Part shown: piece by piece, positions 42,827-52,650 of the stretch
Layout: each line of letters starts with the position of its first letter
How positions within the stretch are numbered: the stretch's first letter is position 1
Origin: Nitrosopumilus sp.
Lineage (GTDB): Archaea; Thermoproteota; Nitrososphaeria; Nitrososphaerales; Nitrosopumilaceae
DNA length: 64,000 bases
Reading direction: 5' to 3'
Assembly (NCBI GenBank): GCA_965205675.1
Contig: OZ242186.1
Coordinates: 1,947,362-2,011,361 of the forward strand
The notes under the pieces: generated by a model
What the model was told of the DNA's origin: nothing
What the model saw: only the letters and a program-made list of their open reading frames with translations
Databases searched by the model: none
Position numbers and translations under genes: made by a program

Positions 42827-43939
42827 ATGGATAAAATATCATATGTTGTGGTTTTTCCAACTATCTTTTCAAAAAATGAAATTCAACACTTAATTTTAAA
42901 TATTAAAAAAATTCTTAAAATAAAAAATCAAGAATTCAAATCTGTAAAACGTGATGGAGATGTGATTTTAGTTAACGCAAATGATCCTGTTTTTGCATCA
43001 TCTGCAATTAATCTATTATTTGGAATTGAGAAAATTGCTATTGCAAGACAAATAAAAAATGATTTTCAAAATATAATTTCTGAGATTACTTCTATTGGAG
43101 GTAATTTACTCTTAAAAGGAGAAAGATTTCTAGTAAAAGTAGATGGAATATCAAAAGGATTTGTAACTAAAGACGTAGAAATAGCTGCAACATCAAATAT
43201 AATAGAAAAAAAAATAAAACTTGGAGCTTATCCAGGAACAGATGAAAATTTTGATAAATTACTATATACATATCTAACAAAGAATAATGCATACATTTGT
43301 ATATTTTTAGATCAAGGTAAAGGTGGAATTCCATATCAATCACAAAATCAAAAAACTATTTGTGCAATATATGATGAAATATCAGCGATTTCTTGTTATG
43401 AGACAATCAAACAAGGTTATGATACAAAAATAATAATTTGTTATAGACAGAAATCTGAGTTAATGAATCTTGCAAAAATAATCAATCAGATTATTCCAAG
43501 ATTAGTTCAAGATAAAATTCAACTTGACTTTTTACAATTAAAAATTAATCCTAATGGAATTAAAAATTATTTAATTTATGTAAATTCAATATTAGAAATA
43601 TTATTACATTATTCTAACAATCGTGTATCATTAGCATTATCTCCATTGATATATTCTTCAAAATTTATTGATAATTCACTGAAAATAGTATTTGATAAAA
43701 AAAAGATTCCTATTTTGCCACTTACTGGAGTGGATATGAATTTGTTTGATGAAGCAAAAGAGATAGGATTGGAAAGAAATATCAAAAAAATAGAAAAAAT
43801 GGTTACTATTACTACAAATGTAATTCCTTCTAGTTCAAAAAAACAAGTTGAATCTTCATTCAAAGCAAAAAAAACCATTACAATTCAAGTAGGTCCCAAT
43901 AACGTTCATGATATTTTAGACTCTTTAGAGAATCATTGA
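42827..43939 (+). CDS. THUMP-domain ThiI-like protein with degenerate PP-loop
   Basis: LLFGIEK, FLVKV, GKGGIP; SGGIDS motif not present. Confidence 0.6.
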   Translation: MDKISYVVVFPTIFSKNEIQHLILNIKKILKIKNQEFKSVKRDGDVILVNANDPVFASSAINLLFGIEKIAIARQIKNDFQNIISEITSIGGNLLLKGERFLVKVDGISKGFVTKDVEIAATSNIIEKKIKLGAYPGTDENFDKLLYTYLTKNNAYICIFLDQGKGGIPYQSQNQKTICAIYDEISAISCYETIKQGYDTKIIICYRQKSELMNLAKIINQIIPRLVQDKIQLDFLQLKINPNGIKNYLIYVNSILEILLHYSNNRVSLALSPLIYSSKFIDNSLKIVFDKKKIPILPLTGVDMNLFDEAKEIGLERNIKKIEKMVTITTNVIPSSSKKQVESSFKAKKTITIQVGPNNVHDILDSLENH

Positions 43940-43969
43940 GAATTTAAACGGCATATTTCTTTTCATAGT

Positions 43970-45205
43970 GTGCTCAAAATAGGAGAATTCATCTACCCAT
44001 GGGGAAGTGGCCATTATTCACGAATGATGAGGCTAAATGATGTTTTAGATGAACATATCAAAGAGAAATTTGAGGTTCATTTTTCTAGCAAGGATCATGT
44101 TTATGAAAAATTACTGAAAAAATTTCCGGACCAAAAAGAAAAAATCCATGAAATTTTAATGCCAACTCCAATTGATGGTAAGTTTGGTCCAAGTGTTTCA
44201 AAATCATTGATGAATTTGTTATTGCCAATCTCAAAAAATCCATCACTTGTAAGACAAATTACAAATTATTTGAGAGAAGAAAGAGAATTGTACAACAAAG
44301 AAAAATTTGATCTTGTAATTAATGATGGAGATATGGGCTCAAACATTTTAGCAAAAAATAGAAACATTCCTAGCTTGTTTGTAACAAACCAATTTAGACC
44401 AAAATTGTATAATTCAAGATCATATCTTTATCCGTCATTAATTTTTATTGCAAAACAAATTGCAAAAGCATCAAAGATTCTAGTTGCAGATTCACCACCA
44501 CCATATACAATGTGTGAATATAATTTAAATCTCATAAGTGAAGTAAAGGAAAAAATTGTTTATGTTGGATATTTTACAAATAACAAACAAATTAAAAAAG
44601 GAAATAGCTCAAATCTTGAAGAATTAGTTAAAGATAATGAATTTGGGTATTGGATGAGAACCGGAAATAAATCAACAAATGATGGAACTGGACAAAGATA
44701 TGAAGAAGTGTTTCATCAAGATCAAATGAAAAACGAAAAACGAATAATTTCACATGCAAGAAATAATTCTAATATTGATGCGGTGTTAGGAAAAGATGGA
44801 AAAAAATATTCAGTATCAGAAGCACTGGAGAAAAAAATAGATTGGATGCAAATTGATATTGGTTTTCTATCAGAACAAGAAAAGGATACAGTTTTGAATT
44901 TTTGTAACTATGCAGTGGTTAATGGTTCTCATACAGTAATGGGTGAAATAATAGGAGGAAAATCAAAACCAGTAATTGGAATTCCAATTTATGATGAACA
45001 CACAAACAACATCAAATGGGCTGAAGAAAAAAATCTAGGCGTGCTTGCAATTAAAACAAGTCAAGTAATTCAAGGTATATCCAAAATTAAAGAAAATTAT
45101 GAACAATTTCAAGATAGTTTAAAGGAATTCTCAAAGAATTTCATTCCTTCAGGAGCAGAGAATTCTGCAAAGATTGCGGCCCAAATGCTAGAAGAAAAGA
45201 GATAA
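43970..45205 (+). CDS. GT-B glycosyltransferase (GT28/MJ1255-like)
   Basis: GSGHYSR, DLVINDG, NGSHTVMGE, IPIYDEH..N. Confidence 0.7.
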   Translation: MLKIGEFIYPWGSGHYSRMMRLNDVLDEHIKEKFEVHFSSKDHVYEKLLKKFPDQKEKIHEILMPTPIDGKFGPSVSKSLMNLLLPISKNPSLVRQITNYLREERELYNKEKFDLVINDGDMGSNILAKNRNIPSLFVTNQFRPKLYNSRSYLYPSLIFIAKQIAKASKILVADSPPPYTMCEYNLNLISEVKEKIVYVGYFTNNKQIKKGNSSNLEELVKDNEFGYWMRTGNKSTNDGTGQRYEEVFHQDQMKNEKRIISHARNNSNIDAVLGKDGKKYSVSEALEKKIDWMQIDIGFLSEQEKDTVLNFCNYAVVNGSHTVMGEIIGGKSKPVIGIPIYDEHTNNIKWAEEKNLGVLAIKTSQVIQGISKIKENYEQFQDSLKEFSKNFIPSGAENSAKIAAQMLEEKR

Positions 45206-45229
45206 TAGATTATTTTGATGATTTTGCTC

Positions 45230-45297
45230 ATCTGGCATGCGGGATTTCGATGGGCGAACTGACCACAAGGGATGATGAAAAAATCCGTATGCCAGAT
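45230..45297 (+). ncRNA. Candidate structured RNA with a box C/D-type K-turn
   Basis: 17-bp stem (one G-U, one bulge) enclosing CTGA-CC-ACAA-GG-GATGATGA. Confidence 0.5.
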
Positions 45298-45357
45298 AAT
45301 ATCGATCAATAAAGATTGTGGGAACGCTTTTATGGAAAAAATTAAGCCAAATCATCA

Positions 45358-45672
45358 GTGCCTAATTGTCCTGAATGTACATCACGAGAGAGAAAGAAAA
45401 TAGAAGCAAAATACATAGAAGATTTTCCAGAGGAGGAGAATAGAAATAGAGACGCCTTATTCAAATTATTTGATGAAATTGACATTCCAATGAAAATGGA
45501 TGAAAAGAATAGAAGACATTTCATTTGTAAACGATGTGGATTATACGCAACAAGAGAAGAAATTTCAGATATCAGATTCAAGTTGAATCAAAGAGAAAGA
45601 ACACGTGATGATAAACATGATGACTATCTTGAGTGGTGGTCAAAAAGTAAAAAAGAAAAAGCAGAAAATTAG
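45358..45672 (+). CDS. Zn-finger hypothetical protein
   Basis: CPEC ... CKRCG. Confidence 0.65.
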   Translation: MPNCPECTSRERKKIEAKYIEDFPEEENRNRDALFKLFDEIDIPMKMDEKNRRHFICKRCGLYATREEISDIRFKLNQRERTRDDKHDDYLEWWSKSKKEKAEN

Positions 45673-45684
45673 AGTAGATTTACT

Positions 45685-46077
45685 ATGGTAAAAAAGAAAG
45701 AAGATGAAATTCCAGAATGGGTTACAGATGAAATTCAGAATGCCAAATTTAAAAAGCCTGAAAAACAAAAAAAATCAGGCTATATTTTAGAGTTCTATTA
45801 TGAAGATAATAAAATAGATGTACAGTTGTATGATCCTGTAGAAGATGGACGACATATAGTAACTATGGATGTTCCAAAAAATATTAAAATGGATGATTTA
45901 CTAAAAGGTGAAGTCTATGAATTTGTGTTTGATCAACACAAAGCACCATTAAGTAAAAAAGCATCAGAGTTTCTTGAAAAAGAAAAAGAAATTATCATGA
46001 AAGCAATCTATCAATTTGACTTAAAATCATTAGAATTGTTAGATGTAGGCTCTAATGAATCTACAGAGGAAGATTAA
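45685..46077 (+). CDS. Hypothetical protein
   Basis: 130-aa ORF in compact core context. Confidence 0.6.
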   Translation: MVKKKEDEIPEWVTDEIQNAKFKKPEKQKKSGYILEFYYEDNKIDVQLYDPVEDGRHIVTMDVPKNIKMDDLLKGEVYEFVFDQHKAPLSKKASEFLEKEKEIIMKAIYQFDLKSLELLDVGSNESTEED

Positions 46078-46871
46078 TTTTTCATAGTATCTAATTGTTT
46101 TTTGAAAGCTTTTCCTAATATTGGATTAATAAGATAAGGAAATGTATTTTTCATCCATACGACACCTCGAACTACAGATGGAACTATAATTTCCAGTCTT
46201 GAAGAGTTTGCTGCTTTTAGGATTGCTTTTGCAACAGTTTGGGAGCTAAGTGATGTCGGAGAGAACTTTGGTATTTTTTTAAATGAAGGATGATCAAAGA
46301 AATTGGTTCTTACCATAATTGGACTAACAACAGTAATTCCAACTCCTGTATTGTATAATTCATGTTTTAGTCCTTCTGAGAATCCTAACATTGCAAATTT
46401 TGACGCACAATACGAAGCAATTCCAGGTAAACCAAAGCTTGCTGCCACAGAGGCAACATTAACAATATGTCCTGATTTTTTATCTAGCATTGATGGAAGA
46501 AAGTTTTTGATGCAATAAATCATTCCAAAATAATTAGTTTTCATCTGAGATTCTATTTGATCAACATTAAGACTAGATACAGAACCATAAATTGCAAAAC
46601 CAGCATTATTCACTAAAATATCAACTGAATCAAATTTTTCTAAAACTATTTTTGACATTTCTTTTACTTGATCTTTCTTAGATACATCACATTTACACAC
46701 CAATACTGTTACGTTGAATTTTTTTAATTCATCTGCAACTTTTTCAAGCTTTTCTTGTGTTCTTGAAACTAAAACTATGTTAGCACCTCTCTTTGCAAAT
46801 TCTATTGCTGAATCTCTACCAATTCCTGATGATGCACCGGTAATTAGAATAACTTTGTTTTTAAAATCCAT
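46074..46871 (-). CDS. Short-chain dehydrogenase/reductase
   Basis: TGASSGIG, NNAG, YCASK. Confidence 0.92.
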   Translation of the reverse strand: MDFKNKVILITGASSGIGRDSAIEFAKRGANIVLVSRTQEKLEKVADELKKFNVTVLVCKCDVSKKDQVKEMSKIVLEKFDSVDILVNNAGFAIYGSVSSLNVDQIESQMKTNYFGMIYCIKNFLPSMLDKKSGHIVNVASVAASFGLPGIASYCASKFAMLGFSEGLKHELYNTGVGITVVSPIMVRTNFFDHPSFKKIPKFSPTSLSSQTVAKAILKAANSSRLEIIVPSVVRGVVWMKNTFPYLINPILGKAFKKQLDTMKN

Positions 46872-47103
46872 AAATTAAAAAAATTATCTAAAGATAAAGT
46901 GGTTTCTATTCGATAAATAGTGCATAGAAACAACTGTTTCACGTCAATTTCTAAATTTTCAAATTTTTTAATAATTTCATTATTGAAAAATTTGGGTCAA
47001 TTTTGTACATAATTCAATTTTCATATTTTCTGAAATATAGTATGATATTGATGATAAGTAGGGAGTAAATTTAAGGAATTGTTAAAAAATTTCAATAAAT
47101 TTT

Positions 47104-48010
47104 GGTGATTGTAAACCTATTACCCCCAAACTAATTTTATGTAATTATTGGAAAAAACTATCAATATCATTGAGTTATCCAAAATAGTTTCAGATAAATC
47201 AACATCATTAAAATTTCTGTGTAAAAGATTCAACAGCACAAGTTCTGTATGTTGTCCCAAGTGTGATTCTCCAAGATATTATCTGATGAGCAGAGGGAAT
47301 TTGAGATGCAGTAAATGTAAGACAAACTACAAACCATTCTCAGATACACAGTTTGGTATTATCAATATTGATTATCCAAAATGGTTGGTTCTAATCAAAC
47401 TATTTGATCTTGGGATTAGTGCAAGACGTGCAGCAAAAGAAGTTGGTGTTAGTTATCCTACCGCATTGCATTCTTTTGACACCATGAGATTCTCAATACT
47501 TGAAGAACAATCCAAAACAGATGATGTTCTAAAGGGTCAGATTGAGGCTGATGAGGCCTATTTTGGAGGAAAAAGAAAGGGAAATCGTGGCAGAGGATCT
47601 AAAAACAAAACTATTGTATTTGGAATTTTAGAGAGAAATGGAAAAGTTCATGTTGAGATTGTAAAGAACGTAAAGGCCAAGACACTTCTTACAAGTACTA
47701 TCAAGAAAGTAAAGAAAGGAAGTATTGTGTATACGGACAAGTGGAGAGGATACAATTCGTTAATTTTCAATGGTTACAAGCATCTCTCAATAGACCACAG
47801 CAAGATGTTTGGAAAAGATGATGTGTACATAAATGGAATAGAAGGATTTTGGAGTTTTGCAAAAGAGAACATGGCAAAGCATCATGGTGTCAGTCCAGGT
47901 AAATTCTTGTTGTACATCAAAGAAATGGAATGGAGATACAACAACAGAGATGAAGATACTTTCTCATTATTGCTTGATTATATGTTGGGGGTAAATAATT
48001 GATAATCACC
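47104..48010 (+). mobile_element. IS1595-family element, apparently intact (transposase 47148-48002)
   Basis: TIRs ggtgatt...tacccccaa / ttgggggta...aatcacc; 8-bp TSD TAAATTTT; Zn finger, EADEAY, YTD, NGIEGFWS, E..WRYN. Confidence 0.93.
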
Positions 48011-48081
48011 TAAATTTTTTTAATCAAGTCAGTAAGGATTAGTCATATTGCTTATAACACTAAATCTAACAAGGGATAGAG

Positions 48082-48708
48082 ATGGAAAGAAAAAACGTTT
48101 TTGATTATTTTTTATATGAATTAGAACAATTTACAGAATTAGATTTAGAGACTTTAAAAAAAGTTGCAGAGCTAATTAATCAAAAAGGAGAGCATGTGTC
48201 TTTTCGTGAATTGGGTGATCTATCTGGTTTTGATGTATTAAATGGTCAAGCAGAAGGATTACTACAAATTTTAACAGGTATTGTTCATCGTGAATTAGTT
48301 ATAGATAAAACATTTGATGAAGAATTAGAAAAATCTAAATTAAAAGATAAAGAAAAAATCAAAGCATTTTTTGAATTTCTATCTGATAAAGGAAAAAAAA
48401 GTTTGGATGTAAGATATTTTATAGAAAGAAGTAATGTTGGAGATCCTGTTTTAGAAGATATAGAGCAGAATACTTTTCTTAAAGAAATTTTTGATGATGA
48501 TAAAAATTTGATATGTTATTTACCTATCATTCGTTTAAAATTTACTTTTGTAAGAGATGATAAACCTAGTATTAGATATGGTTATTTCCCAAAAGAACAA
48601 CTAAAGAATATGATCGATAGTTTACAAGAAATTTATGATGATAGTGCAAAATCAATAGAGAGATATAAAAACGTAAGAGATACATCATTGGAGATAGTTG
48701 GTGAATAA
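48082..48708 (+). CDS. Hypothetical protein, putative COMMD-like
   Basis: 208 aa; helical N-domain plus P.LEDI...PIIRL.F...EQLKNMIDSL pattern. Confidence 0.5.
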   Translation: MERKNVFDYFLYELEQFTELDLETLKKVAELINQKGEHVSFRELGDLSGFDVLNGQAEGLLQILTGIVHRELVIDKTFDEELEKSKLKDKEKIKAFFEFLSDKGKKSLDVRYFIERSNVGDPVLEDIEQNTFLKEIFDDDKNLICYLPIIRLKFTFVRDDKPSIRYGYFPKEQLKNMIDSLQEIYDDSAKSIERYKNVRDTSLEIVGE

Positions 48709-49453
48709 AATGAGTACGACTAGACATTTTTCAAAATATCGTAGGGGGACTAAATTATCATATCGAAATGTACCAGAAGTTTCAGCTCGAATTAAACTTA
48801 ATCAGCTTGAACGTTTTCAAGTAGAATTAGAAAATCAGAGTAGTTTTAGAAATAGAAAATTAGATGAAGGGATAATTGAAAAAACAAAATCCATGGGATA
48901 TCTTGTAGAAGTATTTGGTAAAAAACACAAACAAGATGATATTTACACCAAAGTAGTTGATGAACTTGGCGTTCCAAGACCAACTGTAAGAAGAGTTGCA
49001 AGAGATCTAAGATTATCATTGCATGAAAAAATTAATCGTATTCAAACAATGTATTCACAAAAACAATTAGCAGAATTGCTTTCCCATGTTGAGAAAAATG
49101 ATTTTAATGCAATTTTACAAAATATGCGAGATATCAAAGGTAAAGAATTAGACATCATAGTAGGTTTTTGTGATAATTTAGAAAATGTGTTTAATATTGA
49201 AAGATTGACGATGGAGCCATCATTACAGAAAATCAAAATTGAAAATTATCAGAGAAATTTATTTGAGATTAAAAAAATAGCAAATCAACTAAAAAAAGAT
49301 CCAGACAACCAAGAAATGCAGAAAGAACTAACAAAATATTTGAAAGATTTGGAAAGAAAATTGGAAAGTAGGGCAGCATTATCAGGAATTATGAATGAAT
49401 ATGGCTATACCGAAAAGCAATTAGAAAAAGAAATGGCAGAATCCCAAATTTAA
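48698..49453 (+). CDS. Hypothetical HTH / coiled-coil protein
   Basis: VVDELGVPRPTVRRVARDL reads as an HTH; helical C-terminus. Confidence 0.55.
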   Translation: MVNKMSTTRHFSKYRRGTKLSYRNVPEVSARIKLNQLERFQVELENQSSFRNRKLDEGIIEKTKSMGYLVEVFGKKHKQDDIYTKVVDELGVPRPTVRRVARDLRLSLHEKINRIQTMYSQKQLAELLSHVEKNDFNAILQNMRDIKGKELDIIVGFCDNLENVFNIERLTMEPSLQKIKIENYQRNLFEIKKIANQLKKDPDNQEMQKELTKYLKDLERKLESRAALSGIMNEYGYTEKQLEKEMAESQI

Positions 49454-49505
49454 TAATAAAAATGGACCCAGTTGGTATTTGTAAAAGAAATAATCCAAAA
49501 AAGTA

Positions 49506-50048
49506 GTGGAAAAAAATGAAACTCATTATTTTTATTGGCCATTGGAAGCAGGATTTACTTACATTACAATTTTAGGAAGAAAATTTCCAATTTTTCCAAT
49601 AAAAAAAGATGATTATGAACCAATAAAAACCTCAGAATGGAAGGGTAAAAAAATTGTGTTAAGTAGATTTCATTATGATATTTTTTTGTATTTTAATAAT
49701 CTAGAATTAGAAAATGAAAAACCAATAGTAGATTTTTTGCTTGGAAGTCATTCCCCTATGGTATATGTAAAAAAAGGATCAGATATTACAATAAATAATA
49801 AAGTCAATTGGGACGATATGGAAGTTGAGGGTTTAGATTTTTTTCAAGCACTTTACATGATGTATAAATTAATTTTAAAAGGAGTGATAAAAAAAGAAAT
49901 TTGTGAAACCATTGGATATGATGTTATCCATGAAGAACTTGATAGTGAAATTGAGTTAGAACCTTCATCAATGAAAGCATTACTTATTTTTGGAAAATAT
50001 GAAGAACCAGAAGCAATTGAAAATACAGGATACAAATTATTTTCTTAA
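49506..50048 (+). CDS. Hypothetical protein
   Basis: 180-aa ORF, no recognised motif. Confidence 0.55.
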   Translation: MEKNETHYFYWPLEAGFTYITILGRKFPIFPIKKDDYEPIKTSEWKGKKIVLSRFHYDIFLYFNNLELENEKPIVDFLLGSHSPMVYVKKGSDITINNKVNWDDMEVEGLDFFQALYMMYKLILKGVIKKEICETIGYDVIHEELDSEIELEPSSMKALLIFGKYEEPEAIENTGYKLFS

Positions 50049-50081
50049 TACTCTATATACAACATATATCAAATCTACATC

Positions 50082-50225
50082 ATGGTCAAAACCCTTCGAA
50101 TTTCAGACGAAAATCACACAGAAATGCTCAAAATTCAAGGCCAAATCCAGGCTAAATCAGGTGAATTTACATCAATGGATGATGTTATTGTAGAATTGAT
50201 AAAATCATTTAAAAAAAGAAAATAA
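50082..50225 (+). CDS. 47-aa RHH/antitoxin-like DNA-binding protein
   Basis: Hand-read MVKTLRISDENH..ML.....SMDDVIVELI. Confidence 0.65.
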   Translation: MVKTLRISDENHTEMLKIQGQIQAKSGEFTSMDDVIVELIKSFKKRK

Positions 50226-50375
50226 TTTTTCTAGTTTAGATTTTATAATTAACATTTTATTTTAATTTGTTTTTGATTTTAAAATTAAAATCGATTTTTT
50301 GATCATATAACATAGATCATATCGTTCATTATTTTTTACTATAGTCAGGTTATTTGGTAGTTTTAAGATTTTGGC

Positions 50376-50516
50376 ATGAACATTGAACTTGACAAAAACA
50401 CAATAGAACAATTAACAAATCTCGGAAATGTTTTGCAAACTTACGATGATGTTATATTGAAATTGATAAAACATGTTGAAACATGTGATAAATTCTGGAA
50501 TGATATGGAATGGTAA
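50376..50516 (+). CDS. 46-aa RHH-like protein
   Basis: Hand-read MNIELDKNTIEQL...QTYDDVILKLI. Confidence 0.6.
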   Translation: MNIELDKNTIEQLTNLGNVLQTYDDVILKLIKHVETCDKFWNDMEW

Positions 50517-50671
50517 CTATAATCACACCACTTCTATTTGAGAATAATTTGATAATTTCATTATCAAGAGATTGGATAATTCAATTTGATAAAATTCCCC
50601 AATTCATAGTTAAAGTGAATTCCAAAAATAGACTAGTTATTGAATCCCTAGAAGGAGTTGAAAGTAAATGA
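50510..50671 (+). CDS. 53-aa AbrB-like small protein
   Basis: Hand-read; overlaps previous stop; paralogue of 56752-56943. Confidence 0.5.
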   Translation: MVTIITPLLFENNLIISLSRDWIIQFDKIPQFIVKVNSKNRLVIESLEGVESK

Positions 50672-50803
50672 TTGATCATAGAAAAAATATCATATCATAC
50701 CGTATTTTCAGTGAATATAAAAAATATTTTTTAAAAATAATTATTATTATTATTAACTCCAAAAGTTCGAGTAATCAATTTGGTAAATATGAGATGATAT
50801 GAT

Positions 50804-51055
50804 ATGAAAAAAGATCCGAGTTTAAAAGTAAATAATCAAAAATATAACGCAAAGAAGTTTCTAGATTTAGTTAGAGAAAGGAAAGACATTCACAAGTATG
50901 AGTTAATGAGAGCAATAGACATTTCAGAATCAACGTATGAGAAATTAAAACCATACATGGAGTATTGGTATGGAGATAAGATATTTTATGAAAAATCTAC
51001 AAAGATGTGGTCATGGGAATTAGATAGAGACGGAACTGGTGTGAAGGCTACATGA
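50804..51055 (+). CDS. Small winged-HTH protein
   Basis: KYELMRAIDISESTYEKL followed by a beta wing. Confidence 0.55.
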   Translation: MKKDPSLKVNNQKYNAKKFLDLVRERKDIHKYELMRAIDISESTYEKLKPYMEYWYGDKIFYEKSTKMWSWELDRDGTGVKAT

Positions 51056-51091
51056 TCATTTTACGTTCATTTCATTCATTCCATTTGAGCG

Positions 51092-51514
51092 GTGATTGTT
51101 TTGCCTAGGAAAGGTTGGGGAAAAGGCACTGATGTTCTTAATGCAGTTTCAGACTGTATGGTTAGACGATTAACCACAAAAGAGGCATTATCACGCCTAA
51201 AATCACTAGATTTTCCTATGAGTGAGGCTAAATTCCGTAGAATAAAGCGCCATATTCATGAATCCACTCAAGACAGACTTGATTTTATTGCCTACAAAGA
51301 ATATGCACAATCGCACATTGAAGCAATTGATTCTGTAAAATCTGTAATTAACAGACTGTGGGAGATTTCCAATGAAAGAAAAGGTTCCAGAGATGAGATA
51401 CGTTGTCTAGAGTTAATCCCACAAAACATCAAAGTTCTTGAAGAATTATACGATTCAAATCCAATTGTATCTACTATTTCTGAAAAACTAAGAGTAAAAC
51501 AAAATGTTTCGTAA
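51092..51514 (+). CDS. Putative terminase small subunit (HTH plus helical)
   Basis: Overlaps the start of the terminase large subunit; HTH-like N-terminus. Confidence 0.45.
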   Translation: MIVLPRKGWGKGTDVLNAVSDCMVRRLTTKEALSRLKSLDFPMSEAKFRRIKRHIHESTQDRLDFIAYKEYAQSHIEAIDSVKSVINRLWEISNERKGSRDEIRCLELIPQNIKVLEELYDSNPIVSTISEKLRVKQNVS

Positions 51515-52535
51515 AAAAATTACAGCCATACTAGAACAAAATCAAATGATTCAAAGTATTCCTATCTTATCAGAAGACATCATAACATGGACTACGCAAA
51601 CTAGAAATCTAAAAAATGAACCATTCTCATTTGAAAATAGAGATTATCTACACACAATATATCGAGATGATGCAAAAGAGATCTACATCGTTAAAGGAAG
51701 ACAGACAGAGATTACTGAATTTGCATTAAACTGGTTACTATTTCATCTATCAAAGAATCCTGGAACTGTTGGACTGTACCTTTCTGATAGAGATTCACAT
51801 ACATCAAAATTTTCCAATTTACGATTAAAAAACTGGGCAATAGGGCAAAGTAAGATTCTGCAAAGTTTAGCACCACTAAAAAAACATAGTTCTACTACTC
51901 AACCCTTTGAGAATGGTTCTGTTTTGTATATGCATTCTGCATGGGGAGAGTTTGACCAAGCAAGATCAGTTTCTGCAGACTTTACTGTAGTTGATGAGAT
52001 GCAATCAGTTGATGTAAAAGAAATAGACGTACTACAAGAAGCACTATCTCACTCAAAGTTTGGATATATGATTGGGATTGGAACAGGTTCAGAAGAAGGA
52101 AGTGGATGGCATAAACTTTGGCAGTTAGGAAATCAATGCTCATGGGATGTAAATTCAAAGAAATGGAATGCAAAAAATTCTGAATCTAAAATTCATTCTT
52201 ATCATTTACCTCAAACAATAGTTCCATGGATCTCTTCAGAGGATGTGGAGGACAAGAGAAGAAAGATGACTAGTAGAAGATTTGAAACAGAAGTGATTGG
52301 TGGTTGGTTTAGAGGAGCACAAAAGCCACTCATTGAATCAGACATTCGAGGACTTTTTGATAGGAATTTGAGCCTAACTATGCCTGAAAATATCGATAAA
52401 TCAAGAGGTAAAATCCACATGGGAGTTGATTGGGGTGGAGGACAATCTGCATTTACTGTACCATGGATTTGGCAATGCCTTGATGAGAACATTCCATTAT
52501 TCCAAGTATTAGACGTCTTGCGTAATTATTTCTAG
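51504..52535 (+). pseudogene. Terminase large subunit (GpA-like ATPase), truncated in the nuclease domain
   Basis: VKGRQ Walker A-like, TVVDE Walker B, IGTG, nuclease MGVDWG; last codons come from the MITE. Confidence 0.8.
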
Positions 52536-52650
52536 GCATGAATTTTATTGCAGGATTTTTCAAATTGGTTGAGAAATTTGAATTTTCAGGTATGAATTCT
52601 GTTAAAATACAAAATTTGAGAAAAAATTTCTATAATTACGCAAGTGGTCT
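52511..52650. mobile_element. ~140-bp MITE, copy 2 (inverted relative to copy 1)
   Basis: TIRs agacgtcttgcgtaatta / taattacgcaagtggtct. Confidence 0.9.

Noticed and set aside
45109-45309. 66-aa minus-strand ORF over the hairpin
   Set aside because: Overlaps the glycosyltransferase 3' end; the RNA structure explains the composition better
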